From: a virus
Lineage: Duplodnaviria > Caudoviricetes
IMG/VR virus record: IMGVR_UViG_3300046820_001270
Coordinates: 224,001-288,000 of that record
Length of the DNA stretch: 64,000 nt
Direction: 5' to 3' (one strand)
The notes under the pieces were generated by a model. The model saw nothing but the letters and a program-made list of their open reading frames with translations. It ran no database searches and was not told where the DNA came from. Every line of letters starts with the position of its first letter. Position 1 is the first letter of the stretch. Position numbers and translations under genes: made by a program. Positions 48,503 to 59,769 of this stretch are shown one piece after another.

Positions 48503-51500
48503 ATGCCAAAATACCTAGATTTTGATGCTACTAAGGATTTTAGGGATAAAATGTTAAATAGGACATTAAATCCTGTTTATGGAAAAAGTCCGTCCCCTAA
48601 AACTTTTACAAGTTCTAACTATAGTATCCAAACTTTAGGAGATAGTCCAAATTTATTATTACCTCAAGTTGATGGTAATAGGTCAAATGATCTATTAATA
48701 CCACAAAAATCAAATGTTTTTAAACCAAATGAATATTTTGTTAAAGACAGTATTAATGATATACCTAGAAGAGCAAATTTAAATTTATATCCATATTTTA
48801 TCCAAAGTGACGATAATTTAATCGGTATAATGTTAACTAAAAACTACGATACCGAGTCTGAATTATTTAAATTTGCTGCAAATAATATAAGAACCAACCC
48901 ACAAGGTCCGGTTTTAGCGAGAATCAGTAAAAATCTTAATACCGCAATTAATGCAAAAAATAAAATAGGTGAGGCTTTAGGTGGTAATACAACTACATTG
49001 ATTAATATTATTAGAGGTAAACAACCTTTAATTGAGGGAAATGAAAGTATCACGGTATCAAGTAGTTTATTAGGTAAAGGATTTGATTTTTTACAGACAG
49101 TTGCAGGAACTCAATTACCTTTTAGTACAATACCAGGTGATTATTTAACAAATCCCCGTAATCCGATTAATATAAGACCGACTAATGTTTCTACAGGAAC
49201 AAAGGTTTGGCAAGATTTAACAGGGGTTTTAGGGTCAATAGTGGGTATTCAAAGAAGACCACTACCATCAAGAAAACCATCTGATATTTTGATTGAACAC
49301 ATGGGTGAATCATCAAAAAATAGATTATTTGATTTATTGAGTTTTTCTAAATACGCACCAAATTACACAACCACTGCGAGATCACAAATGTCCACCAATG
49401 TTGGTAGAATCCCAAGTCAATTTGCACAAGGAATTAAGAACGCATTAGGAATGGAGGCACCAAATAGTGGTGCATATATAGGTGATGATAGAGAAAATGA
49501 TGTAAAAAATGCCACCACAGATTTGTTTAGTGGAAGACCTGTAAGAAGTAGTTATTATCTTACATTAATGTTTGATAAAGTTGCTGCAGAATTATTTCAT
49601 AAAAATAGAGGTATTACTGAAAACGGACCAATTGGTGGTAATTTAACTTGGTTAAGTAAAAATGGAACAACAAAAGACATTAGTTTTCAATATATTAATG
49701 AAGACATATCGACAAAATATAATTTTAGAGAGGATTCTATTTTAAATATTACACAACAAATATTAGACTCAAAACCACAAAATGGTGGAGATGCTTTATC
49801 ACATATAGGTCACGTATTAGATCAAACAAGTAGATATTTTAAAGATGGTGATACATTAATTTCCAGAGGTTCAGGTGTACGTTATATGGATAACTCAGGT
49901 AAAGATATTGGTGTTGAATATGCTAGAGTATGGACAAAAGATAGACCTTATTTTACATATGGTGATACAATGCCATTATGGAAAGAAAGTGTAAAAAAAC
50001 CATATTATAATGGTGCAACAGGAGGTACAGGAGATACTACTAATAGTAAAAGTAATTTTTATAGAAGAACAGGTATTAGAAGATTTGATGGTAGTGTAAT
50101 GACAAATCCGTGGAATTTAAATATTGCACCAATGTCAGACGGAACTACAAATCCAGAATTTCCTGGATCATCTAATATAATTAAAAACCCAAAAGGGAAT
50201 GGATTTTACGCTAAAAAATATATGTTATCTATTGAAAATTTAGCATGGGCGGCGTCAACACTTCCGGGTTATACTGTAAATGATTTACCATTTTCAGAAA
50301 GAGGACCAAATGGAGGCCGTGTTATGTGGTTTCCACCATATGATTTGAAAGTGTCTGAACAAAATAGTGCAAAATGGGAACCAAATACATTTTTAGGTAG
50401 ACCAGAACCAATATATACATATCAAAATACAGAAAGAAATGGTAGCTTATCATTCAAAGTAATTGTCGATCACCCAAGTATATTAAATTTACTAATAAGA
50501 GAACATTTTAAATCTGTTAATGATGAAGATGTTGATAAATTTTTAAACGCATTTTTTGCAGGAGCAAAGGATATTGATTTTTATAGTTTAATCAGACAAT
50601 ATTCACATTTAGATTCGGACGATATAAAAATGATTCAAAATTATCTAAATGACGGTGGAAGTCCTTCAGATATAAAAAGACGTAAAACAGCAACATCATC
50701 ACCTACACAAGATAATCCAGGTGGAAGTGATAGTTTTGATGCAAATAAAGATAAGGTAAATGAAACATTAAATTTTTATTTTCTAAACGCCTTTCCTGAA
50801 GCCGGAGACGACTTATTTAAATCAAATATGTCATTTGATTTAGTAAGTAATGGTACAATTTTAGATACCAAAATTCAAGAAAAAAATAAACAATTATTAA
50901 GAGAGTCATTAAATAAAATTATAAACAGTACCGACACAAAAGATATTGAGGATAGAGAAAGTATTTTTAAAAGAAAAGATATTCCAAGTGATCAAACAGG
51001 TACCACAATAAATAAAAAAATAACAGAACTTGAAAATATTTTTACCGAATCAACCACATCAAATAGTAAACTAATAGATATATTAACAAAATTAAAGAAA
51101 GATTTAAAAGATGAAAATATTGAAGGAGATGTTGTTGTAAATGTTAGCTCATATACATCAAAGGCGGGAGAGGAAAATTTAAATTTTAACCTTTCATTTA
51201 GAAGATCACATTCTTTATTTTTATATCTTTTTAATAATATCAAAAAAGACGGTACTAATATAGATTTAAAAAAATGGACGTTTTCAAAATTAGAGTCTGA
51301 CGTACCGGCAAAAGGAAAAGAAAGATTTGTTATTGAAAAAGAATTTTCAATAAAAGAATTAGGTTATAATGGAGAAGGAAGTGTAATTTTCAGATCAAAC
51401 AATTTTGGTGCAGATAATAATTTACAATCAGGATATTGTAATACTACAAATTATAATGACATTTCTTTAACATATTATGCTCCGAGTTCATATGGGTGTA

Positions 51501-53296
51501 GATCTACAGAATTTATTATTGAGTATGCTAAATCTAAAAAAGAAGACAAAGCATCAAACGCCTCAGTAAAAAATTCATTAGGACCTACAGGTAATATACC
51601 AAGTAGTAATACAAAACCTCCAATAGATGTGATGAAAAGAATCATCATGAAGACTTTATCTGAACAGTATTACTTTAAAAAGTTGGAAGAGACTTCACCA
51701 ATGATTTACACATCATTAAAAGAAAAATTAAAATATTTTCATCCGGGTTTCCATTCAATGACACCTGAAGGATTAAACTCACGTTTAACATTTTTACAAC
51801 AATGTTTACGACCTGGTAATACAATACCGGTGAAAGGTTTATCAGACAATTCAGATATTAACGCAAGAAATACAACATTTGGACCACCACCTATTTGTGT
51901 TTTAAGAGTTGGAGATTTTTACAATTCAAAAGTTATTATAAAAGATCTTAATATACAATTTGAACAAAATGTATGGGATATGAACCCAGAAGGTATTGGT
52001 ATCCAACCAATGATTGCGGACGTAACAATGCAATTAAGTTTCTTAGGAGGACACGGTTTAGAAAAACCTGTAGAAAGATTACAGAATGCTTTGTCATCTA
52101 ATTTCTTTGCAAATACTGAAATGTATGATGAAAGATCTGAATCAACCAATACTAAAATGGGAGGTAAAGATAGTGAAGACTTTACAAGGGAATTTTTACA
52201 AAGTTTAAATGACACACTATTACCAATAACTGGTTTAAAAGATAGTAATGGAAAAGGATATACTGAAGGTCAATATATTGGTACAATTTCTCCTTCCGAT
52301 AAAACGATAGATTATACTACATTAATAAATGATGTATATAAAAGTGTGGAACCATATTTTACCACATACGAAAAAATGTACAATAGTTTAACAAAACAAT
52401 ATGGACATAAAATTGTGAATTTGATGGTTAATAAAACTGAAAGAACAAATAACAAATATGACATATATAGTTCTTCGGGAAATACAACACCAAATCAAGT
52501 TTTGTTATTTGGTAATTTTAAAGACACCTCACCTTTTTCAAAAACTATTGAGACATTAATTGTAAGATTTGAAGTATATCTAACACTCCAAAAAGAAAAC
52601 GAAAAGTACTCAGTTTTAAAATTATTAAAAATTGACGATGATATAACAGATGATCTTAAAGATTTTTATGAAGAAGGTCTTTATGATCATTTTAAGACAT
52701 TCTTTAAAGAAAAAGTTGGAGATTTTGCTTCATCTAAAATTGCAAAAGATTATGAAGATATAAGAAATAAATTAATTGTAAGTTTAGATAAATTAAATAC
52801 CGTTATTAAATATAATGCGGATTTTAAGATAGATAAAAATAAAATTTATAAATTAACAATTACAGGAGATACATCTGAAATGTATAGTGAATATAGTTCA
52901 TGTATGGATTTCATAAAAAGTAATGAACCTAAAATGTATAAAAAATTAGATACATCATTATCTAGTTCATTGGACGACGAAAAAATGAGGGATATTATCT
53001 ATACCGTTTTTTATAATGATTATACGAATGCGTTGGATAATATTGAAAATCAATTTGATACGGAAGATGAAGAAAGTTCTAAAATTGTAGATAAGATTAG
53101 AAGAAAATTAGGTAGAGATTTTTATGAAACTAAAGATATTAATATGGGATTTGGTAAGGTACCAACATTAAAAAATTCTAAAAAAGTGTCATTTGATTAC
53201 ACAGATGAAATATTAGATGAAAATGACGATATTAAAAAACTGTATTCTACACAATATAAACCATCGGACGATAAATTAAATTATTATAAAAAATGA
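48503..53296 (+). CDS. Large baseplate protein with tube-initiator-like and OmpA-like domains
   Basis: FLGRPEPIYTYQNTER and PPICVLRVGDFY tube-like motifs; N..LS.RR and RSTEFII OmpA-like pattern at about 50760-51530. Confidence 0.6.
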   Translation: MPKYLDFDATKDFRDKMLNRTLNPVYGKSPSPKTFTSSNYSIQTLGDSPNLLLPQVDGNRSNDLLIPQKSNVFKPNEYFVKDSINDIPRRANLNLYPYFIQSDDNLIGIMLTKNYDTESELFKFAANNIRTNPQGPVLARISKNLNTAINAKNKIGEALGGNTTTLINIIRGKQPLIEGNESITVSSSLLGKGFDFLQTVAGTQLPFSTIPGDYLTNPRNPINIRPTNVSTGTKVWQDLTGVLGSIVGIQRRPLPSRKPSDILIEHMGESSKNRLFDLLSFSKYAPNYTTTARSQMSTNVGRIPSQFAQGIKNALGMEAPNSGAYIGDDRENDVKNATTDLFSGRPVRSSYYLTLMFDKVAAELFHKNRGITENGPIGGNLTWLSKNGTTKDISFQYINEDISTKYNFREDSILNITQQILDSKPQNGGDALSHIGHVLDQTSRYFKDGDTLISRGSGVRYMDNSGKDIGVEYARVWTKDRPYFTYGDTMPLWKESVKKPYYNGATGGTGDTTNSKSNFYRRTGIRRFDGSVMTNPWNLNIAPMSDGTTNPEFPGSSNIIKNPKGNGFYAKKYMLSIENLAWAASTLPGYTVNDLPFSERGPNGGRVMWFPPYDLKVSEQNSAKWEPNTFLGRPEPIYTYQNTERNGSLSFKVIVDHPSILNLLIREHFKSVNDEDVDKFLNAFFAGAKDIDFYSLIRQYSHLDSDDIKMIQNYLNDGGSPSDIKRRKTATSSPTQDNPGGSDSFDANKDKVNETLNFYFLNAFPEAGDDLFKSNMSFDLVSNGTILDTKIQEKNKQLLRESLNKIINSTDTKDIEDRESIFKRKDIPSDQTGTTINKKITELENIFTESTTSNSKLIDILTKLKKDLKDENIEGDVVVNVSSYTSKAGEENLNFNLSFRRSHSLFLYLFNNIKKDGTNIDLKKWTFSKLESDVPAKGKERFVIEKEFSIKELGYNGEGSVIFRSNNFGADNNLQSGYCNTTNYNDISLTYYAPSSYGCRSTEFIIEYAKSKKEDKASNASVKNSLGPTGNIPSSNTKPPIDVMKRIIMKTLSEQYYFKKLEETSPMIYTSLKEKLKYFHPGFHSMTPEGLNSRLTFLQQCLRPGNTIPVKGLSDNSDINARNTTFGPPPICVLRVGDFYNSKVIIKDLNIQFEQNVWDMNPEGIGIQPMIADVTMQLSFLGGHGLEKPVERLQNALSSNFFANTEMYDERSESTNTKMGGKDSEDFTREFLQSLNDTLLPITGLKDSNGKGYTEGQYIGTISPSDKTIDYTTLINDVYKSVEPYFTTYEKMYNSLTKQYGHKIVNLMVNKTERTNNKYDIYSSSGNTTPNQVLLFGNFKDTSPFSKTIETLIVRFEVYLTLQKENEKYSVLKLLKIDDDITDDLKDFYEEGLYDHFKTFFKEKVGDFASSKIAKDYEDIRNKLIVSLDKLNTVIKYNADFKIDKNKIYKLTITGDTSEMYSEYSSCMDFIKSNEPKMYKKLDTSLSSSLDDEKMRDIIYTVFYNDYTNALDNIENQFDTEDEESSKIVDKIRRKLGRDFYETKDINMGFGKVPTLKNSKKVSFDYTDEILDENDDIKKLYSTQYKPSDDKLNYYKK

Positions 53297-53619
53297 GTAG
53301 GGATTATTTCGACAGATATCAATTTTTCATAAATGATGGTAAATTTAGAATTGTACCGGGTATTGAAATGCCTATAAAAGGAACAGACAAATATATACAA
53401 TATAAAAAAGGTAGAGATAGATTGGATAAAATATCACAAGAATATTACGGTTCACCCACCTTTGGTTGGATTATTATGATGGCGAACCCGACTGCCGGTC
53501 TTTTGGAGTTTGACATTCCCGATAATTTCTTTTTAAGGATACCATATCCATTAATTAGCTCTTTACAAGATTATAAAAGAGGTGTAGAATTGTATAATCT
53601 ATATTATGGAGAACAATAA
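53293..53619 (+). CDS. LysM-like baseplate wedge protein (gp53/tail X-like)
   Basis: DRLDKISQEYYGSP..GWII..ANP...L.IP. Confidence 0.75.
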   Translation: MSRDYFDRYQFFINDGKFRIVPGIEMPIKGTDKYIQYKKGRDRLDKISQEYYGSPTFGWIIMMANPTAGLLEFDIPDNFFLRIPYPLISSLQDYKRGVELYNLYYGEQ

Positions 53620-56600
53620 AATTACAAATACGGAAGATATACATGTTAAGGTCGATCAGAATAATTTAATTTATATTGACCCAAACTCAACTATTGATAG
53701 TCAAGGAAATATATCACCTAGAAATATAAAGGCAGAGAATTTAGTAATGTATGTTAATTTAGAGGCGGACATTATACCCAGATCTATTTTAGCGGCGGAT
53801 AATACAACAAACACATTAACTAGTATTGCAAAAGGAACATTAAATTTTTTAAAAAATAATGATGGAGGTGATTATGATACTTCTTGGACTAACTCTTTTT
53901 TAAACTCAGAAGAGAAAAAAAATGGTTCAGGAACACTCACAGGTGAATTTTTTCAATCAGATAAATCGGGACAAACATTTGGTATTGACAATATTACAAT
54001 TAATATAAAAGGATTTAATTCAATTCCTACAATTAATATTACATTTTTAGATGTGAGAGGTAAAACTTTATTTGAATCACCTGAAAATTCCCCATATAAG
54101 GCATTTTTTCACATCCCATGGCCAATATTTTATTTAACGGTTAAAGGATTTTATGGTAAAGCAATTAGATATAGATTACATATGGTTAAGTTTACAAGTA
54201 AATTTAATGAGTCAAATGGTAATTTTGAAGTTAATACATCTTTTGTTGGATCAACATATGCGTACTTATCTGACATTCCATTACAGGGAATTTTAAATGC
54301 ACCATATCTTTTTCCATATGAATCATCAAAAGTAACAGAAACAAATACAGGTACAAATAGAGAAAAGGAAACTGTAAAAAAATCAACTAAAGGATATGAA
54401 ATATTAAAAACAGTTTATAATGAATATAAACTTAAAGGACTTATAAAAGAAGATTTTCCGGTTAAAACATTAAAAGAGGTAATGACAATATCTAAAACAT
54501 TAGATACGTTATTAGAAAAACAAATTTTTGATCAAGTTGTAGATATGAGAATATTCGCGGGACTAAAACAATTCCAAGAAGATATTGATAAATTTGAGGA
54601 AGCAGTTATCGGATGGGGAAAATTAAATCTTGAATCTGAACCGGAACCATCTTTAACTCAATCAACAACAGACCCCAATAATCCAAAATTATTTTTTTTA
54701 GTTAAATCAAACCCAAGAACCGATAGGTCAAAAGGTATTGATGGGCCAGATGAAGATGGAACGTTTGAACATTTACTTAAATTTTATGGTGATAAAATTA
54801 GAGAAAGTCAATTATTAAGTGATGTTATTCAAAATCAAAAAATTAAACAAAACCCATTATTAAATAAAACCGGATCAAATTTTTCAACTAAATCTTTAGG
54901 TATCAGTAAAGTTGGTAATATGGAACTTTACATTGACGATAAAAATCACCCAAATAAATTTATTGGAATAGCAATTCAAAAACTATTAGATGATGTAAGA
55001 GAAATTCGTACAAAATTCGAACAACAAAGAGAAAAATTACAACGACAAGTTGAAATTAAAATGAATGAAATTGTTAGAGATAAAACTAAAGGTTTTGGTT
55101 TTGAACCTACAATTAGAAATATTTTTGCGGTTATTTTGGCAAATGCGGAGGTTTTAATACGTTTAATGAAAGATGTACATAAAAAGGCATTTGATCAAGC
55201 TGAAACTAGAAAAATGGTAGTTTCACGTTTTTCTAAAGAAAGTATGGGAGATTCAATTTACCCTTGGCCCGAATTAAAGGCCACAGTTAAAGGTAAAGAA
55301 AATACTATTATATATCCAGGAGATCCAGATTGGCAAGCATATTTAGGTTCTGAAAATGCACAAAGATGGCCTGAGGTTGCTTTTCTAGAAACATATATTG
55401 GTGTAACAACAAATAAAGTAGACCCTTTAGCGGAAAAAGAAGCATCCATTAATAAACTATCAAATACCATTCAAAATGATAGTGATATTAAAAAAATAAA
55501 AAAGATAAGTACCGCAAATGAAGTGGTTAATATATTACCATATGTTAATAAAAGTCCAGATTCTTTTATTTATGAATTATATGAAAGATCATTTCACTAT
55601 AGTGTAATTGAATCCTTTAATAAAACGGCAACATGGGAAAAATTAGCAGATTTAGAATTTGGTAATATACAAGAATCTGTTGAAGATGAAAACGGGTTAA
55701 GAAAATTACTAATACAAAATATAAAAGATAAAACAACATTAATATCTCAATTAGAAAAATTATCTCCTTTTGAAAAATATTCATACTATAAAGATAGTTT
55801 ACCTACTACGGATTATTTAAAATCTTTTTATGAACAATCATTTATTATTGAACAATACGTTTCATCTAATAGTGTTGACGATAAAAAGTTATACCAATTT
55901 TTAGATGAAGAATTACAAAATTTCACACCAGAAACTTATAGAAAAAACATTTATCCATATTCTTCAAATGTTTATTTAAATTATATTAGTACGGGTGTAA
56001 CATCTATAACCGATTCTTTATTGAATTGTAGAAATTTCTTAAGTGTTGACACAACACAAGGTTTAGTTTCTGGAGAAGTTAATCCATTATTTTGGTTAAA
56101 AAATGGAGTCACATCTAATTTGTTTTCTAAAAAATTTACATTAACTAATACTAAAGTTAATATTTTAAATACACCATTTTTTCATAGACAATTATTTTCG
56201 GATTTTAACACTATTGGAAGTTCAAGTGGAAAATACGCAGGTTCTGCTTATTTGTTATTAAATTCATTGGCCTTTACTGATTTAGATGAAATTAAAATTG
56301 GAACAACTAAAACAGATTCAAAACCATATACGTTTTTAACATCATCTTTATTTAAAGAAATAGGTTCTTCTCAGTATGTACCTTACCATTTAATTTTAAA
56401 ATGGGGGTCAATATACCACAGACACAAAAAATTCATTAAAGAAGGTGTAGATATTATTGGTGACGTATATGATGGTAATAGTTTAGTAAAAGAAGGTGCA
56501 GTTAAAACAGGTTCAACCGAAACATTAATTGGATTTCAAACAAATAAGTTAGACGGACGAACATTTTTTGATAATGGAAATGATTTAGTTTTTGAACCCG

Positions 56601-59521
56601 AAAATGGTACATACGTAAGTTACGAAGATCAAATTTTTGAACTTGACCCGATATTTGATCCTGGAATTACTTTTGTAGTTACGGGACATACCGACGTAGG
56701 AATACACCCTTATTATGATGATATATTTTATAATATCGTAAATGGAGAAAATTATTTTGATTTTGTAACTGGAAATACTACCGATTATTATAATAAAATA
56801 ACAGGAGGAACATTAAATTTAAAAAATGATGTTTTAGCATATAGTGGAGGTACATTATATTATTGGACACAATATGTTGATGATAGTAAAGTAAACAATA
56901 AAAAGAATACATTTACATTATTACCATCTACAGGAGATAATCTTTTTAAAGGTAAAAAACAATCATTAACAAATGTTAATGAAAATCCATTTTCAAACAA
57001 TTCGTTTGAAATAGAAGAACAAAATAATTTTAGAATAGTTTGGGACGATGAATTAATCAGTAGTAATTTTAGTGGGCAAACATTTGCATCACCTATAGAA
57101 CACACAACTACAATTTCGGGAAAATACGGAATTCAAAATATAACCGATAATTATAAAAAAGTTATGGATTTAATTGCTACATTTAATCCAACAATTTTAG
57201 ATGAATTTGAAAAATATTTTTTATTGTTTGCATCTGAAAAACTTAACTTAAGTGTTTCTGATAAACCTTTTAATGGAGTAGTATTAGATAAATTTCAAGA
57301 TTTATTAAAAGAAATAGTTACAGTACAAAAAGATGTAAAAAATTCTACATCTAACCAAATTTCTATTTTAAAAGAAAAACAAAAAACTAAATTAGAAGAT
57401 ATTAGTAAATTAATTTTATCAAATGATAATTTGATAAAAATTACAATAGGTAATCCTAAAGAATTTGATCCACATACGTTAATTGGTTTTATAGGTGTAG
57501 ATAAAAAAAATACATTTAAATACAACACATATAAAGGTGAATTTGATGGATCTCAGAGTGATGAAAATGTTGATTTAATAAATCTATATTTAGGACCTGA
57601 ACCCGAATACGGGGATTATCAGGATTTCTTTATAGATAATAACATAGAATTTAACGAGGAAAACGTACAAATTTTCAGACCATTAATTTATATATATGCC
57701 GGTTATAAAAATAGTAGTTTTTATAACACAACACCAAACTTTAAACAATATCTTAATGAGTCTATCTTTACCAAATCGGGAGGAGTTGATGAAAGATTAA
57801 ATACATTTTTACTTACATTAATACCTAAGTTTCAAAAAGAATTTAAAATTCAAGAAGACCCAACTAAAATTACATTTTTTGATGGATATAATAATAAACC
57901 ATTAAAAGTTGAATTGTATAATTTCTTTAAATCCATGAACGATAAATGGATTGCCGGTAATTCAATTGGTCAAAGATCGTTGTTAGAAGAATTTTTATTT
58001 TTAGATAGGGCCAATAAAGATATTGGAAATGATTATTATTTTGATTTAACAAGGTTAACCAATATGGGAGACCCTAAAAATTCAAAACAAAGTTTATATG
58101 GTGCTTTATCAATTTTACTACAAGGAACGGGATTTGATATGAGGGCATTACCGGCTTATATTAATTTTTATGGAAATACTTTTTCTAAAAATCCTAAATT
58201 AGTACCATCAAAAAGAATTGCACAAAATCTATTTGGAACATTTTTAGATGTCGATTATCAAGAGTCTCTACCAAAAATTGTAATTCAATATGTTGGTAAG
58301 AATTCGACAAGACCTGAGATGGAGAAAAAAGGTAAATTTAAATTTAGTGACGATAGTTTTAATGTTGGTAATGTTAATAATAATCCACTTATGGTTACTT
58401 TACCTAAAGTATTTAAAACAGGCGATTTAACAAAGTCTAACAAAGTAGTTGCATTTGAAGTAAGTTTTGGTGACCAAAACCAAAGTATTTTTAAAGGAAT
58501 ACAATTAGATCAAGCTTCAATTAAAAATACAAGTGAATCTTTTTATGTATTAGAAAACTTAGCAAGATCCGAATCGGGTTCGTCATCACATAATGTTGAT
58601 ATCGGTTTATATGATTATTATAGACAGGCCTCTTATACTTGTGATGTCACATGTATGGGAAATGTTATGATACAACCAACAATGTATTTTTACCTTAAAA
58701 ACGTACCAATGTTTAAGGGAACGTATTGGATTAGTGAGGTAGCACATTCAATTAAAAGTGGATCGATAACGACTACATTCAAAGGATCAAGAATACCGTA
58801 TACGGCTCTTCCTGATTTAAAAGATTCATTTATGTCAAGTTATCGTACATTATTTGATAAATTACAACAAAAGGCAGTTAATAGAGTTAATGGTGCGGAT
58901 AAGGTTACAGAAACAAGTAAGACCATAACAAATCAAAACGGTGAAAAATTCACATTTGATATGGGAGATTTAAAAAAATCACCTTCTGGTGAAAAACTTG
59001 TCGAGGGAGATGCTTCATTTACACCTCAAGCGGGTATTCCATTTAACGGATATGCAGATTTTAGATATATTACTAAAGTCAAATATCCTAATGAAAATAG
59101 TCTTTGGTTAAGAGCAATTGTGGCTAGAATGGGTGAGAAGAAATATCCAATAAAAGATGAAGTTGTCATGTCAGTAGTTTCATCAAATAGTAAAATCATA
59201 ACAAGTCCTAAATTTACGTGGAAACAAGCGTCTGAATTTACAAACGATTATTATTTTTATGCAACAAAATTCTTATTTGATAAAGTACCCGCATCAAAAG
59301 TTACAACGTTAACCTCAACGTTTTTTAATCCAGCAAATAATGTAACAATTATAGTTCCACCAAAATATGAATTAAATGATAAAACCACAACTCCTATTGA
59401 ATTCTCAGGTCCAATTGATATAATAAGAGATGAGGAACCATATGGTATGGTATTATCTTCTAAGTTAATGTTAGACTTAGGTTTACAAGATGGTGATATT
59501 GTTTACTTCAATGTTGGATAA
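53606..59521 (+). CDS. Very large baseplate hub protein (gp27/VgrG-like)
   Basis: FGIDNITI...FLDVRGKTLF...FYLTVKGFYG N-terminus and V.CMGNVMIQP.MYF.L...F.G.YWI.EV.H.I C-terminal hub motif. Confidence 0.65.
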   Translation: MENNKITNTEDIHVKVDQNNLIYIDPNSTIDSQGNISPRNIKAENLVMYVNLEADIIPRSILAADNTTNTLTSIAKGTLNFLKNNDGGDYDTSWTNSFLNSEEKKNGSGTLTGEFFQSDKSGQTFGIDNITINIKGFNSIPTINITFLDVRGKTLFESPENSPYKAFFHIPWPIFYLTVKGFYGKAIRYRLHMVKFTSKFNESNGNFEVNTSFVGSTYAYLSDIPLQGILNAPYLFPYESSKVTETNTGTNREKETVKKSTKGYEILKTVYNEYKLKGLIKEDFPVKTLKEVMTISKTLDTLLEKQIFDQVVDMRIFAGLKQFQEDIDKFEEAVIGWGKLNLESEPEPSLTQSTTDPNNPKLFFLVKSNPRTDRSKGIDGPDEDGTFEHLLKFYGDKIRESQLLSDVIQNQKIKQNPLLNKTGSNFSTKSLGISKVGNMELYIDDKNHPNKFIGIAIQKLLDDVREIRTKFEQQREKLQRQVEIKMNEIVRDKTKGFGFEPTIRNIFAVILANAEVLIRLMKDVHKKAFDQAETRKMVVSRFSKESMGDSIYPWPELKATVKGKENTIIYPGDPDWQAYLGSENAQRWPEVAFLETYIGVTTNKVDPLAEKEASINKLSNTIQNDSDIKKIKKISTANEVVNILPYVNKSPDSFIYELYERSFHYSVIESFNKTATWEKLADLEFGNIQESVEDENGLRKLLIQNIKDKTTLISQLEKLSPFEKYSYYKDSLPTTDYLKSFYEQSFIIEQYVSSNSVDDKKLYQFLDEELQNFTPETYRKNIYPYSSNVYLNYISTGVTSITDSLLNCRNFLSVDTTQGLVSGEVNPLFWLKNGVTSNLFSKKFTLTNTKVNILNTPFFHRQLFSDFNTIGSSSGKYAGSAYLLLNSLAFTDLDEIKIGTTKTDSKPYTFLTSSLFKEIGSSQYVPYHLILKWGSIYHRHKKFIKEGVDIIGDVYDGNSLVKEGAVKTGSTETLIGFQTNKLDGRTFFDNGNDLVFEPENGTYVSYEDQIFELDPIFDPGITFVVTGHTDVGIHPYYDDIFYNIVNGENYFDFVTGNTTDYYNKITGGTLNLKNDVLAYSGGTLYYWTQYVDDSKVNNKKNTFTLLPSTGDNLFKGKKQSLTNVNENPFSNNSFEIEEQNNFRIVWDDELISSNFSGQTFASPIEHTTTISGKYGIQNITDNYKKVMDLIATFNPTILDEFEKYFLLFASEKLNLSVSDKPFNGVVLDKFQDLLKEIVTVQKDVKNSTSNQISILKEKQKTKLEDISKLILSNDNLIKITIGNPKEFDPHTLIGFIGVDKKNTFKYNTYKGEFDGSQSDENVDLINLYLGPEPEYGDYQDFFIDNNIEFNEENVQIFRPLIYIYAGYKNSSFYNTTPNFKQYLNESIFTKSGGVDERLNTFLLTLIPKFQKEFKIQEDPTKITFFDGYNNKPLKVELYNFFKSMNDKWIAGNSIGQRSLLEEFLFLDRANKDIGNDYYFDLTRLTNMGDPKNSKQSLYGALSILLQGTGFDMRALPAYINFYGNTFSKNPKLVPSKRIAQNLFGTFLDVDYQESLPKIVIQYVGKNSTRPEMEKKGKFKFSDDSFNVGNVNNNPLMVTLPKVFKTGDLTKSNKVVAFEVSFGDQNQSIFKGIQLDQASIKNTSESFYVLENLARSESGSSSHNVDIGLYDYYRQASYTCDVTCMGNVMIQPTMYFYLKNVPMFKGTYWISEVAHSIKSGSITTTFKGSRIPYTALPDLKDSFMSSYRTLFDKLQQKAVNRVNGADKVTETSKTITNQNGEKFTFDMGDLKKSPSGEKLVEGDASFTPQAGIPFNGYADFRYITKVKYPNENSLWLRAIVARMGEKKYPIKDEVVMSVVSSNSKIITSPKFTWKQASEFTNDYYFYATKFLFDKVPASKVTTLTSTFFNPANNVTIIVPPKYELNDKTTTPIEFSGPIDIIRDEEPYGMVLSSKLMLDLGLQDGDIVYFNVG

Positions 59522-59561
59522 TAACTAAACTTGGGATATTTATATTAATAAAACAAATATT

Positions 59562-59765
59562 ATGGAAAATAATAGATTAAATAATACCATGGATCAGTTT
59601 TTAAACCCTAAAAAAGTTAAAAACGTATCTAATGATGGTATGGAAAGAGAAGAATGTGATTTGGTAACGGGAGAATGTTACACAATCAGAGAAAAAGACG
59701 GAATCGTTGAAAGAATAAATAAAAAATACGTTACAAACGACGGAAGACAATTATTACAAGATTAA
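59562..59765 (+). CDS. Small late hypothetical protein
   Basis: 67 aa with a CDLVTGEC motif; late motif 17 nt upstream. Confidence 0.6.
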   Translation: MENNRLNNTMDQFLNPKKVKNVSNDGMEREECDLVTGECYTIREKDGIVERINKKYVTNDGRQLLQD

Positions 59766-59769
59766 TACT

